A stretch of DNA of 64,000 nucleotides, taken from positions 5,376,001 to 5,440,000 of the forward strand of contig CAVTTN010000002.1 of NCBI GenBank assembly GCA_963737655.1, in the 5' to 3' direction. The notes below the pieces were generated by a model. It made no database searches. It was not told the DNA's origin and saw nothing but the letters and a program-made list of their open reading frames with translations. This DNA comes from an uncultured Planctomycetota bacterium (lineage in GTDB: Bacteria > Planctomycetota > Planctomycetia > Isosphaerales > Isosphaeraceae). Shown one piece after another: positions 9,680-20,099 of this stretch. The stretch's first letter is position 1; each line of letters starts with the position of its first letter. The position numbers and the translations under genes were made by a program.

Positions 9680-10847
9680 ATGGGCTTCTTGAACGGCAGG
9701 GTCACGTACGTGAGGTATCGGGTCGGCGGCGAGGGGCCGTTGCCGTTCGGCGAGGACATCCTGGAGAAGATCGACCTCCACGCGGTCGGCAAGCACGGGA
9801 TGGGCGACCCGGCCGACGGCGTCACGTTCGGCTGGTCGGGCGGCGACCACGTCCTGGACACGAGCTTCTCGGCCGAGAAGAACGTGATCAACGACGCCCT
9901 CCACCTGGCCATCCGGATCGACACCGACAAGATCCCCGGCGACCTCCTCCGGGCCTATACCAAGATCGAGACCGACGCCCGCGCCGCCCTGAGCCCCAGC
10001 GGGTTCGCGAACAAGGCCCAGAAGCAGGAGGCGAAGGAGGCGGCGCGCGTCCGGGCCGAGGCCGAGTCGGCCGACGGCCGGTTCCGCCGCCGCAAGCATT
10101 ACCCCGTGCTCTGGGACGGCCAGACCAACACCCTGTTCGCGGGGACCACCTCCGCCTCGGTCCTCGACCGCTTGCAGGGCCTCTTCCGCGACACCTTCGA
10201 CCGCCCCCTGGAGCTGATCTCCGCCGGGAACCTCGCCGGCTCCCAGGCCGAGATCCGAGGGGCTCGGCCGATCGGTCGAGGAGTTCCTGCCCGCCGTGTT
10301 CCTCGGCGAGGAAAAAGACGGCCTGGCGACCGTCGCCTGGGCCGACGCCGACCTCTCCCGCCCGGATTATTTCGGCAACGAGTTCCTCCTCTGGCTCTGG
10401 CACACGCTGCAGAACGACGGCGACACGATCGCCCTGCCGGACGGCTCCGAGGGGACGGTCATGCTGGCCAAGACCCTCACTCTGGACTGCCCCCGGGGCA
10501 TGACCGGCCGCGACAGCCTCACGGATGAGGGGCCGACCCGGCTTCCCGAGGCGTTCCGGGCGCTGCAGTCGGGCAAGCTGCCGAGGAAGGCGGGCTTGAT
10601 CCTGGTCCGCCACGGGGCGCAGTACGAATTCACCTTGCAGGCCGAGACGCTGGCGATTTCGGGCCTGCAACTGCCGAAGGCCGAGGGGGCCTCGGGCGAC
10701 GAGGCGAAGGTGGCGAGGATCGACGGCCTGAGACATCTGGTCGAAACCCTGGACCTCCTGTACGATGCGTTCGGCAGCCGCCGGACCGGGCCGGACTGGG
10801 CCGGCGACCTCGGACGGATCCGCCGCTGGCTCCTTGCGGCGGCCTGA
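9680..10847 (+). CDS. RdgC-like protein (frameshift at ~10260, probably a sequencing error)
   Basis: MGFLNGRVTYVRYRV...FGW...RIDTDKIP...F..TF...GNEFLLWLW...EA..AL.SGK; removing one G from GGGG 10259-10262 fuses ORFs 9680 and 10296. Confidence 0.6.
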
Positions 10848-10860
10848 CACTCGGAGGAAG

Positions 10861-10992
10861 AGTGGGCAGTGGGCAGTGGGCAGTGGGCAGTGAGAAGACG
10901 GGGAGAATCCCCGGCCCGAAACCCGCCCCGGGCGACCCTCGGCGCCTCGCTCCGTCTCCTCACTGCCCACTGCCCACCGCCCACGGCCCACT
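10861..10992. repeat. Inverted pair of heptamer tandem arrays (AGTGGGC)n / (GCCCACT)n
   Basis: About four units per arm plus complementary GAGAAGACGG/CCGTCTCCTC. Confidence 0.85.
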
Positions 10993-11001
10993 GCGGAAAG
11001 A

Positions 11002-11700
11002 GTGGGTAACTACCGCCAGCACCTCACGTTCTCGAGCCTCCTGGGCGTGGCCTACGCCTGGGGGGCTTACGCATTGGCGGGGCTTCACTGGATTTACGGC
11101 ACCGTCGCGGCCCTGCTGACGATGATCTCCGGGCTCCTGCCGGACCTCGACCACCCCATCGGCGTCGAGCTCCGGGGATTCACGGGCATCCTCGCCGTGC
11201 TGTCGGCGGTCGCGGTGTGGCATCGGGTCGGGCGGCGCGAGCCCGACATCGCCTTCGAGGTCCATCTCTGGGCGGTCGTGGCGGCCTACGTGTTCGTCCG
11301 CTACGGAGTCCGCCGGATGCTGGCCCGGCTGATGGTCCACCGGGGGATCAGCCATAGTTTCCCCACCTGCGCGGTCTGGGGCGCGGTGGCGTACTTGTAT
11401 TATCCCTCGGATTATCAGTTGATTCGGATGATGATGGCCGCGGCGGTGGTGATCGGCTTCCTGTCGCACCTGGTCCTCGACGAGGTTTTCAGCGTGGACC
11501 TCCACGGGGCGAAGTTGAAGAAGTCGTTCGGCACGGCGATGAAGTTCTGGGCGCCGTCGCCCTGGGCCACCCTGGCGATGTACGCCTTGCTGAGCTTCCT
11601 CGCCTGGAAGGTCATCCAGGAATGGCCCGACGAGCCCCTCCGGGCGATCCTCGGCGAGAGGATCGAGCCGCCCAGGGTGCCGTGGTCCCGAAATCCCTGA
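11002..11700 (+). CDS. Membrane-bound metal-dependent hydrolase (YdjM-like)
   Basis: H near N-terminus, LPDLD, HRGISHS and SHLVLD motifs; several TM helices. Confidence 0.85.
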   Translation: MGNYRQHLTFSSLLGVAYAWGAYALAGLHWIYGTVAALLTMISGLLPDLDHPIGVELRGFTGILAVLSAVAVWHRVGRREPDIAFEVHLWAVVAAYVFVRYGVRRMLARLMVHRGISHSFPTCAVWGAVAYLYYPSDYQLIRMMMAAAVVIGFLSHLVLDEVFSVDLHGAKLKKSFGTAMKFWAPSPWATLAMYALLSFLAWKVIQEWPDEPLRAILGERIEPPRVPWSRNP

Positions 11701-11738
11701 ATTCCCACCCCGAGATCGGCCCGGAGCCGCCGAAGTTT

Positions 11739-12227
11739 ATGGAAACGATCCGTATCGAGCCCGCCGAGCTGACCTCCGAGGTCGCCCTCGCCCTGATCTC
11801 CGCCCTGAACGCCGAGCTTCAAGGGGCCTACCCCGAGCCGGGCGCCACCCACTTCGCGCTCGACCCGGCCGAGGTCGGCGAGGGCCGAGGCGCCTTCCTG
11901 ATCATCTCGCGAGACGGGACGCCGGTCGGCTGCGGGGCCCTGAGACTCCTCGACCCGGACACGGCCGAACTCAAACGGATGTACATCGAACCCAACGCGC
12001 GAGGCCACGGCCTCGGCCGTCAACTCGTGGCCGCTCTGGAGGCGAAGGCTCGGGCGTTGGGGGCCCGTCGCGTGGTCCTGGAGACCGGAATCCGCCAGGA
12101 AGCCGCGCTGGCCCTCTACCGCAACACCGGGTTCGGGCCGATCCCGCTGTACGGGGAATATTGCCTCTCGCCGGACACCAGCATCTGCCTGGGGAAAGAC
12201 CTGCCCGCGACGGATTCGGGAGCTTGA
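11739..12227 (+). CDS. GNAT family N-acetyltransferase
   Basis: VGCGALR...AELKRMYI...RGHGLG...LETG..Q..A..LY. Confidence 0.9.
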   Translation: METIRIEPAELTSEVALALISALNAELQGAYPEPGATHFALDPAEVGEGRGAFLIISRDGTPVGCGALRLLDPDTAELKRMYIEPNARGHGLGRQLVAALEAKARALGARRVVLETGIRQEAALALYRNTGFGPIPLYGEYCLSPDTSICLGKDLPATDSGA

Positions 12228-12443
12228 GGACGCCTCGTCGGCCCTCGCGGAGGGACGTGGGTCGAAATCCTCGCGAGGCGTGAGGATTTCGAGTTCGGAG
12301 ACCGCCCGCACGGCGTCTTTCCTGGACCTGAGGCGAGGACGTCCCTGGCGATCCCCGGCTCCCACGGATACCGTGGCGTTGCATCGTGAGCGCCGGGGAC
12401 GCTCCAAGAGGAACGCCGCGTCCCCGCCTCGGAGGGTTCGTAG

Positions 12444-15400
12444 ATGAGCCTCGCGAATCGCTGCCCGATCTGCGGGGCCGAACGGCCCGGCAACGCCCCC
12501 GACGGCCCTTGCCCGCCCTGCCGATCGAACTTCGAGGCCCTGGCCACCCTGCCGCCCGGGGATGCCGACTCGCGAGACGCCGACACGATCCCTCATGTCC
12601 GCTCCGCGAACGCCTCCACCGAGCCAACCCTGGTGGAGGCTCGCCCCCTCGCCGTCGTGCGGTACTTCGGCGATTACGAGCTGATCTCCGAGATCGCCCG
12701 AGGCGGGATGGGCGTGGTCTACCGGGCCCGCCAGGTCAGCCTGAACCGGCCGGTCGCCCTGAAGATGATCCTCGCCGGCCAGCTCGCCGCGAGGACGACA
12801 TCCAGCGATTCCAGATCGAGGCCGAGGCCGCCGCCAACCTCGACCATCCCGGGATCGTCCCCATCTACGAGATCGGCGAGCACGACGGCCAGCACTTCTT
12901 CAGCATGGGATTCGTCGAGGGCCAGAGCCTGGCGGCCCGGGTGGCCGGCGGCCCCCTGCCCCCTCGCGAGGCGGCGACCCTGACGACGCAGGTCGCTCAG
13001 GCCATGCACTACGCCCACGACCGGGGCGTGATCCACCGCGACCTCAAGCCAAGCAACGTCCTGCTCGACGGGGCGGGACATCCCAGGGTCACCGATTTCG
13101 GGCTCGCGAAGAAGCTGCAAGGCGACAGCGGCCTGACCCAAACCGGCCAGGTCATGGGGACGCCCAGCTACATGCCGCCGGAGCAGGCCAACGGCCGGGA
13201 GGTCGGGCCGGCCGCCGACATCTACGCCCTGGCGCGATCCTCTATTGCCTCCTGACGGGCCGACCGCCGTTCCAGTCCGCCTCCTCGATGGAGACCCTCC
13301 TGCAAGTGATGGAGCAGGAGCCCGTGCCGGTCCGGCAACTCAATCGCTCGGTCCCCCGCGACCTGGAGACGATCTGCCTGAAATGCCTGCACAAGGACCC
13401 CCGGAGGCGTTATGAATCGGCCCGGCGCTGGCCGACGACCTGCGGAACTGGCTCGAATCGCGGCCGATCTCGGCGGTCCGCACCCGGGCGCCGGAGCGGG
13501 CGTGGCTCTGGTGCAAGAGGAGGCCCGCCGTGGCCGCGATGACGGCGGCCACCGCGATCGCCCTGGTCGGGGGCACCTCGGGCATCCTCGCCGTGCAGGT
13601 CCGGGCCAACCGGAACCTGGCGAGGAAGAATGCCGACCTGACCGAGGCCAACGCCAAGGTGGCCCGGGCCAACGCCGACCTCAAGGCGTCCAATCTCCGG
13701 CTCGACCGGCAACGCGCCCGGGCCGAGGAGGACGAGAAGCGGGCCATCGACGCCGTGTCGAAATTCCGGGACGTCATCACGAATGAGCCGGCCCTGAAGG
13801 ACAACGCCGCGCTGAAGGACCTCCGCAAGCGGCTGTTGAAGGAGCCCCTGACGTTCTTCCAGGGCCTTCGCAACCGCCTCCAGGCCGAGGAGGACACCCG
13901 CCCCGAATCGCTCGACCGCCTGGCCACCGCCTGCTCCCGCCTGGGGATGCTGACCAGCGAGATCGGCGACACCCGCGACGCCCTGCTCGCGTTCCAGCAG
14001 GCGTTGGGGATCTATCGGAAGATGGCCGAGTCCGACCCCACCGTCGCCGTCTTCCAGCGGGCCCTGGCGATCTGCCAGGGCAGTATCGGCGACATCTTCT
14101 GGGAGCTCGGCAAGCCGGCCGAGGCGAGGGAGGCGTATGAGGAGTCGCTGGCGATCGGCCAGAAGCTGGCCCGAGCCAACCCCTCGGACACCGTCCTCCA
14201 GGAGGTCCTGGCGCGATCCCAGCACCAGCTCGGCAACCTGCTCTCGCAGACCGGCAAGCCGGTCGAGGCGCTCCGGGCGTATGAGGCGGCCCTGGCGATC
14301 GCTCAGAAGCTGGCCGACGCCCGACCCGACGCCGCCGACTTGCAATTCCTCCTGGCCAGCACGCATTTCAACATCGGCAAGCTGCTCTGGGAGACCCGCA
14401 AGCCGGCCGAGGCGAGGAAGGCGTATGAGGCGTCGCTGGCGATCGCTCAGAAGCTGGCCGACGCCCAACCCTCCAACCCGAGTTACCAGCTCCACCTGGC
14501 GAGCACCCGGCGCAACGTCGGCCACCTGCTGATCGACGCCGGCAAGAGGGCCGAGGCCCTGGAGGCGTACCAGGAGGCGAGGGCCATCCAGCAGAAGCTG
14601 GTCGAGGCCCACCCGGCGGTCACGGAATTCCAGGGCGACCTGGCGACCAGCCTCGACATCATCGCATTAATCCTGCACGAGACAGGCCAATCGGCCGAGG
14701 CGAGGAAGTGCTATGAAGCGGCGATCGCGATCCACCGGAGGCTGGTGGAGGAGCAGCCGGAGTCGCACGCCCTGGCGAGCGGGCTGGGCGCGGACCTGAA
14801 TAACCTGGCCCTGATCGACGCGAGGGAGGGGCGGTTCGAGCCGACCCGCCTCCTGCTCCGACAGGCCATCGAGTCGCAGAGGAAGGCCCTGACCGCCGTC
14901 CCGACGAACCCGACCTACCGGGCGTTCCTGGGCAATCACCTGTCCTCCCTGGCCTTCGTCGCCGCTCGTCTCGGGCGGATGCCGGAGGCCGCCGAGGCCC
15001 AGAGGGCGCTCCGGGAGCTGAACGCCGGCCCCTCGCGAGCCGCCGCCCTGAACGAGCGCCTGGACGCCCTGCTCCGGCTCGACCCGCCCCATCCCAACGC
15101 CGAGAGGCTCGCCCGGGCCCAGCAAGCCTACGAAACGGGCCTTCCCGGGGCCGCCGTGAGGCTCTGGGCCGAGGCCCTGAAGGCCGACCCCAAGCTCGCC
15201 GACGATCGCCAGGCCCAGGTCCGCTACAACGCCGCCTGCGCCGCCTCGCTCGCCGCGTCCGGGAAAGGCCAGGACGACCCGAAACCCGACGACGAGGCCC
15301 GAACCCAGCTCCGCCGCCAGGCGCTCGATTGGCTCAAGGCCGAGCTGGCCGAGTGGTCCCGGCTCGACCGATCCGCCCCGCCCCAGGGAAAAGCGGCGAT

Positions 15401-15572
15401 CGCCCAGGTCCTCAAGCACTGGCAAGACGACCCCGATCTCGCCGCCGTCCGCGACGCAACGGAACTCGCCCAATGGCCCGAGGCCGAACGCCAGTCGTGG
15501 AAATCGCTGTGGGCCGAAGTCGAAGCCCTCTTGAAGCGGACCGAAGGACAGGAAGCCCGAAAGCCAGACTGA
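12444..15572 (+). CDS. Ser/Thr protein kinase with N-terminal Cys cluster, TM helix and TPR repeats (three frameshifts, probably sequencing errors)
   Basis: [31 protein letters not shown]; single missing G at ~12789, ~13231 and ~13424 restores a continuous frame. Confidence 0.85.
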
Positions 15573-15574
15573 TC

Positions 15575-15817
15575 TCAACCGATCCAGAGGGCGGTGATGA
15601 GGTCCATGACGTGGGCTTTCCGGCGGTCTCCCGGGACGAAGCCGACGGCGACCGCAAGCGACACGAGCACGAGGCCCGGCGCGCCGAGCGAAACCGCCAG
15701 GGACGCGCGATCGAGCCAGTCGACGGCGCGAGACGCCAGGACGAACTGGGAGGCGCCGATCGCCGCCAGGAACAGCCCCACGACCTCCCGCAGCAAACCC
15801 CTTCGATGCATTGACAC
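15575..15817 (-). CDS. Possible small membrane protein
   Basis: 80-aa ORF with hydrophobic stretches filling the gap; no recognisable family, start abuts a REP. Confidence 0.3.
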   Translation of the reverse strand: MSMHRRGLLREVVGLFLAAIGASQFVLASRAVDWLDRASLAVSLGAPGLVLVSLAVAVGFVPGDRRKAHVMDLITALWIG

Positions 15818-15889
15818 GAGTAGGTCCGACTTCAGTCGGGCCTATGAAAATCTTTTTTCGCAGGCCCGACTGAAGTCGGACCTACTCGT
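15816..15889. repeat. REP doublet (GTAG family, GTAGGTCCGACTTCAGTCGG variant)
   Basis: Perfect 28-bp inverted arms 15816-15843 and 15862-15889 around an AT-rich spacer. Confidence 0.85.
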
Positions 15890-15951
15890 TTCCTCATTCT
15901 CAGTGAGGCTTTCTATAGAACAAGACATGCCCATGAAAAGGCATCAAGCCC

Positions 15952-16731
15952 TCATGGCTTCCGGAATTCCCGGACGTCCCTCTTCTTCTGATGCCCGTCG
16001 AAGAAGGCCCCGCCGTTGGTGGCGCCGTTGAAATAGTGCTTCTGGTACTTGGCGCGGATCGCTTCGAGGTCCCCTCGGCGCTGGGCGTCGAGGAACTCTC
16101 GCCTTGAGGAGATCCAGGTCTTGTAGCCCTCGAAGAGCTCGGGGTTGCTGGCGAGCTCGGCGACCCGGGCCGTGAACTGTTCGAGGTCCCCTCGACGCTG
16201 GGGGACGAGCAGGGCCACCGGCTCTCCCGGCTCCCAGACGACCCGGCCGGGCCTCGTCATCTTCCAGTTCATCGAGAACGAGGCGAGGCTCCAGTCGGTC
16301 TCGACCAGCCCTTCCAGGGGGGCCACGCCGTCCTTGGGGTAATTCGCGGGGCCTCGGCAGAGGAGGTTCCAGCCCGGCGGCGTCCGGAAGACATACGGGA
16401 TCGTCCAGGTCATGATCCCCGTGCCGACCTGGCTGATCGAGTGGGTCATCGGCGGCGAGCCGATCACCTGGACCACCAGGTCGCCCGGCTCCTTGCCGCC
16501 GTTCCACTCGGCGATCGCGCCGTGGGGGGCCAGGACGTGCCAGCCCGATTGATTGGCCAGGGTCATCGGCAGGCAGTGATAGGCGAACTTGAAGCCGGTC
16601 TCGTCCATCCATCCCCGCTTGATCCCGGCGGGGACGAGCTTCACGTCGAAGCCCCAGGCCGAGTAGGCGACGATCTCCAGGGTCTCGGTTTCGGTCTGGG
16701 TCTCGGTCTGAGTCTCGGTCGAGCCGCTCAT
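15952..16731 (-). CDS. DUF6065 family protein
   Basis: RGWMDET...AYHCLPMTLANQSGW...FRTPPGWNL...GPANYPKDG..PLEGLVETDW...FSMNWKMTRP. Confidence 0.8.
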   Translation of the reverse strand: MSGSTETQTETQTETETLEIVAYSAWGFDVKLVPAGIKRGWMDETGFKFAYHCLPMTLANQSGWHVLAPHGAIAEWNGGKEPGDLVVQVIGSPPMTHSISQVGTGIMTWTIPYVFRTPPGWNLLCRGPANYPKDGVAPLEGLVETDWSLASFSMNWKMTRPGRVVWEPGEPVALLVPQRRGDLEQFTARVAELASNPELFEGYKTWISSRREFLDAQRRGDLEAIRAKYQKHYFNGATNGGAFFDGHQKKRDVREFRKP

Positions 16732-16958
16732 CGGGCGAATCCCCTCGTCTCCGAACGGTCCGGTCCATTCCGCTACTATGGCCGAGGGGGGCGTCCGGGG
16801 GAATGGGAATTTCCGGGGAGAACTGGCGCACCCAAGATCGCCGGAATCCGTATAATCGTCATCCTGTCCGGCGAGCGCGCCCGGCCTTGCCTTCGGGGCG
16901 GGGCCGAATCCAGGATGGGTGCGAGCGAGAGAGAAGACGAGAGAGGGAGACGCCTCCG

Positions 16959-18026
16959 ATGCGACAGACCGTCCGAACCGGCCTGGCCGCCCTGATCGTC
17001 GCGGCCCTGGCCCCCCTGGCCTTCGCGATCCAGGACCCGGCCGCCACGGGGAATGCCCCGGTCCGACCGGCCCCGACGCCGGCGCAACTGGCCAAGCTCA
17101 ACGAGGTCCTCGCCACGGTCAACGGCGAGCCCATCACCCGGGGCCAGCTCCTCCAGCTCCTGAATCAGTACACGATCAACCCCGGGAGCGAGAAGACCGC
17201 CTACACCACCGCCCTGGAGATCCTGGTCAACACCCGGCTGCTGACCCAGTTCCTCAAGAGCGCGAAGGTCCAGGTGCCCCCGGCGGACGTCGAGGCCGTG
17301 ATCGCCGAGCAGGAGAAGAAGGCCCGCGAGAACGGGACGTCCCTGACCAGCGCCCTGGCCGACTCCGGCACCACGATGGACGCCCTCAAGGACGAGATCA
17401 CCCGGACCCTCCAGTGGCGCGAGTTCATCAAGTCGACCGCCAACGACGACCGCCTGAAGCGCTACCTGAAGGACAACCTCGACGCCTTCGACGGCGCGCA
17501 GGTCAAGGCCAGCCACATCCAGATCAACCTGGAACCCACCGCCTCGGCCGCCGACAAGGAGAAGGCCCGCCAGAAGCTCCTCCAGATCAAGAAGGACGTG
17601 GAGGCCGGCAAGATCACCTTCGCCGACGCCGCCAACAAGTACTCGGAAGACCCGGCGAACGTCGATCAGCCCTCCGGCGGGGACCTGCGGTACTTCCCCC
17701 GCAAGCGATTCACCGAGCCGTTCGCCGTCGCCGCCTTCTCCACGCCGCCGGGGAAGATCTCCGACCCGGTCGAGACCGAGTACGGCATGCACATCATCTA
17801 CGTGGCTGACCGCAAGCCCGGCCGCCAGGTCGAGTTCGAGCGCTACAAGGAAGCGATCCTCAATCAGTTCGCCGTCGATGAGCAGAACCGGATCGTCGCC
17901 GAGAAGCGCAAGACGGCCAAGATCGACATCAAGCCCATGCCCGCCGACCTCTTCCCCAAGGCCCCGGCGGCCGAGGAGAAGGCCCCGGCAACCGCCCCGG
18001 CCGAGAAGGCCAAGGCCAAGGGCTGA
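16959..18026 (+). CDS. Parvulin-type peptidyl-prolyl isomerase / foldase (PrsA/SurA-like)
   Basis: Signal peptide; VKASHI, FADAANKYSEDP, GGDL and ISDPVETEYGMHII motifs; TATAAT at 16851. Confidence 0.9.
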   Translation: MRQTVRTGLAALIVAALAPLAFAIQDPAATGNAPVRPAPTPAQLAKLNEVLATVNGEPITRGQLLQLLNQYTINPGSEKTAYTTALEILVNTRLLTQFLKSAKVQVPPADVEAVIAEQEKKARENGTSLTSALADSGTTMDALKDEITRTLQWREFIKSTANDDRLKRYLKDNLDAFDGAQVKASHIQINLEPTASAADKEKARQKLLQIKKDVEAGKITFADAANKYSEDPANVDQPSGGDLRYFPRKRFTEPFAVAAFSTPPGKISDPVETEYGMHIIYVADRKPGRQVEFERYKEAILNQFAVDEQNRIVAEKRKTAKIDIKPMPADLFPKAPAAEEKAPATAPAEKAKAKG

Positions 18027-18037
18027 CGCAAGCCTCC

Positions 18038-18180
18038 GTAGGGTGGGCGAAGCCCGCCGTTGTGTAGGGGCGGGTGCAACCCGCCAACACGCGGCGGCCA
18101 TCGCCCGCCATCCTTGAGAAAGGCGGCGAGTGTGGCGGGTTTCACCCGCCCTACGCCACGGTGCATTGCATGCACCCTAC
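18038..18180. repeat. Composite GTAG-REP element (four REP units, two on each strand)
   Basis: Units at 18038, 18064 (+) and 18134, 18160 (-), each GTAGGG plus a short palindrome. Confidence 0.85.
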
Positions 18181-19109
18181 GCTTGAAACATCCGGTACGT
18201 CTCGCGAATCCCCTCGACCAGAGGCGTCCTCGGCAGGGGGCCGAACGCGGAGTCGAGCCGGGAATCGTCGAGGTCCGGCGCGATCGGCAACTGGCGGTCT
18301 CCGTGGGTCACCAGGCCCTTCGCCTCGGGCGCGGCCTCTTCCAGGGCCTCCACGAACCGCTCGATCGAGACGACCGACCCCCGGACGTTGAACGCCTCGG
18401 CCCCCTGGAACGGGGCGGTCAGGACGCGGAGGAACGTCCGGGCCACGTCGGGTGCGTACTGGAGGTCCTGGACGCCCCCGTAGCTGATGGTATAAGGCTG
18501 GCCCATCGCGGCGGAGCGGATCGCGAACGTCGGCTCGCTCGTCACGCCGAAGTCGCGGCCCACTCCATACACCGTCCACGGCCGGAGCCCGACGCTGGAA
18601 ACCCCGCGATCGAGCCAGTAGACCCGGGCGTTCAGCTCGTTGCAGACCTTGAACGCCCCGTAATGGGTCATCGGCGCCAGGCGGACGGCGTCGCCGATCG
18701 GCCCCGATCCGCCCTCGCCCGGCCCGTGGACGGCCGCCGAGTCCGCGTAAACGACCCGGTGAACCTGCTCCTTCAAGGCCGCCGCCGCCTCGAACACGGC
18801 GAGGGTCCCCAGGACGTTCACCCTCGCCCCGAGCAGCGGATCGGCCCGGCACGTCGGCACCTGCAAGCCGGCGAGGTGGAGCAGATGGGTGGCCTCGACC
18901 CGCTCCACGGCCTGGCGGACGGCCGACGGATCGGCCACGTCCCCCGGGACGAAGTGGACCCGGGCCTTCTGGTCGTCGCTCAGGAGGAGGTCGAGCCGAT
19001 GGGTGTCCTCCTTGAGGTCATAGATCCAGACCTCGCGGCCCTCGTCGAGCAAGGTCCGCGCGACCCACGACCCGATGCACCCATAGCCGCCCGTCATCAG
19101 CACTCGCAC
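18177..19109 (-). CDS. NAD-dependent epimerase/dehydratase (extended SDR)
   Basis: TGGYGCIG and YGAFK motifs; GTG start after GGGGAGG. Confidence 0.9.
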   Translation of the reverse strand: MRVLMTGGYGCIGSWVARTLLDEGREVWIYDLKEDTHRLDLLLSDDQKARVHFVPGDVADPSAVRQAVERVEATHLLHLAGLQVPTCRADPLLGARVNVLGTLAVFEAAAALKEQVHRVVYADSAAVHGPGEGGSGPIGDAVRLAPMTHYGAFKVCNELNARVYWLDRGVSSVGLRPWTVYGVGRDFGVTSEPTFAIRSAAMGQPYTISYGGVQDLQYAPDVARTFLRVLTAPFQGAEAFNVRGSVVSIERFVEALEEAAPEAKGLVTHGDRQLPIAPDLDDSRLDSAFGPLPRTPLVEGIRETYRMFQA

Positions 19110-19257
19110 GGCGAGACCTCCCCGGATCCAGGGCCCAAGAGCGGGCCTCATCCTCTCACGACGAGGCCGGATCGGCCAGAGGGGCGGCCGGATCGACGAC
19201 GGGGCCGCGCGTGGATTATCATGGAGCCCGCACGGTCCGGGAATTCGGAGGCCCCCG

Positions 19258-19524
19258 ATGGTGAAGCTGATCCCCGCCCACATCGAGAATGGGCAGATCG
19301 TGCCCGACGCCCCCTTGCCCGAGGCCGCCTCGATCCGAGAAGTCGCGATCCAGGTGACCCTGGCCGAACCCGAGGCGACCGCGGCGGATTCGGGCCTGGC
19401 GACGTCGTCGGAGGAGCGGATGTCGGCGTTCATGAGGCTGACGGGCCTCATGAAGGGCCATTTCCCCGACGATGTCGATTACAAGACCCTCCTCGGCCAG
19501 TTGAAGGAGGAGCGTCATCCGTGA
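19258..19524 (+). CDS. Putative antitoxin
   Basis: 88 aa, GGAGG SD, GTGA overlap with the PIN toxin; IPAHIENGQIVP resembles the AF2212/DUF104 N-terminus. Confidence 0.7.
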   Translation: MVKLIPAHIENGQIVPDAPLPEAASIREVAIQVTLAEPEATAADSGLATSSEERMSAFMRLTGLMKGHFPDDVDYKTLLGQLKEERHP

Positions 19525-19946
19525 AGGGCCTGCTTTTCGACACGAACATCATCCTGGACTGGCTCCTGAATCGCGCCCCTTTCTCCATCCCTGCCACGGA
19601 GTTGACGGGACGAGCGGCCCGGGGGCTGATCCGCGCATATGTCACGGCGACGACCTTGAACGATATCTTCTACTTCTTGAGGAAAGCCTATGGGATCGAC
19701 CAGGCTCGACAGGAGATCGGCGATCTCCTGAGGCTATTCGTCGTGCTGCCCGTCGATCGTGCCACCGTCCAGGCCGCCCTCGCCGGCCCGATCCGCGACC
19801 TGGAAGACGCGATCCAGGACGCCGCGGCCGAGAGGGCGGGGATTCCCATCCTCGTCACCCGCGACCCGAAGGGGTTCGCGGGTTCGACCCGACGCATCCT
19901 GGACGCCCAGGCGGTCCTGGACGAGCTGGACCGCCCGGCGCCGTGA
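19521..19946 (+). CDS. PIN domain (VapC-like) toxin
   Basis: FDTNIILD...DLEDAIQ...LVTRDPKGF; AAGGAGG SD. Confidence 0.9.
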   Translation: MKGLLFDTNIILDWLLNRAPFSIPATELTGRAARGLIRAYVTATTLNDIFYFLRKAYGIDQARQEIGDLLRLFVVLPVDRATVQAALAGPIRDLEDAIQDAAAERAGIPILVTRDPKGFAGSTRRILDAQAVLDELDRPAP

Positions 19947-19964
19947 TCCGGCGAGACGGGCCGG

Positions 19965-20099
19965 TCAGTCCTTCGGCTTGCAGCTCCCCTTGGTCCCGGG
20001 CTTCTTGCCGGGGGTGGGCTCGTAGCCGGGCCAGCATCGGCTGGTCTTCTTGGGCTTCGATCCGCCGCTCGGGGCCGATTTCTTCTTCGGGGTGGCCAT
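19965..20099 (-). CDS. 44-aa Lys-rich microprotein with CWPGY...GSC motif
   Basis: AAGGAGG SD upstream of ATG; MATPKKKSAPSGGSKPKKTSRCWPGYEPTPGKKPGTKGSCKPKD; high-GC3 codon usage. Confidence 0.7.
   Translation of the reverse strand: MATPKKKSAPSGGSKPKKTSRCWPGYEPTPGKKPGTKGSCKPKD

Noticed and set aside
12444..13542. Kinase pseudogene or programmed frameshifting
   Set aside because: Three single missing Gs in short G runs with otherwise intact motifs; same error pattern as across the window
16680..16722. TETQ tandem repeat at the N-terminus of the DUF6065 protein
   Set aside because: Short low-complexity slippage tract with no evidence of function
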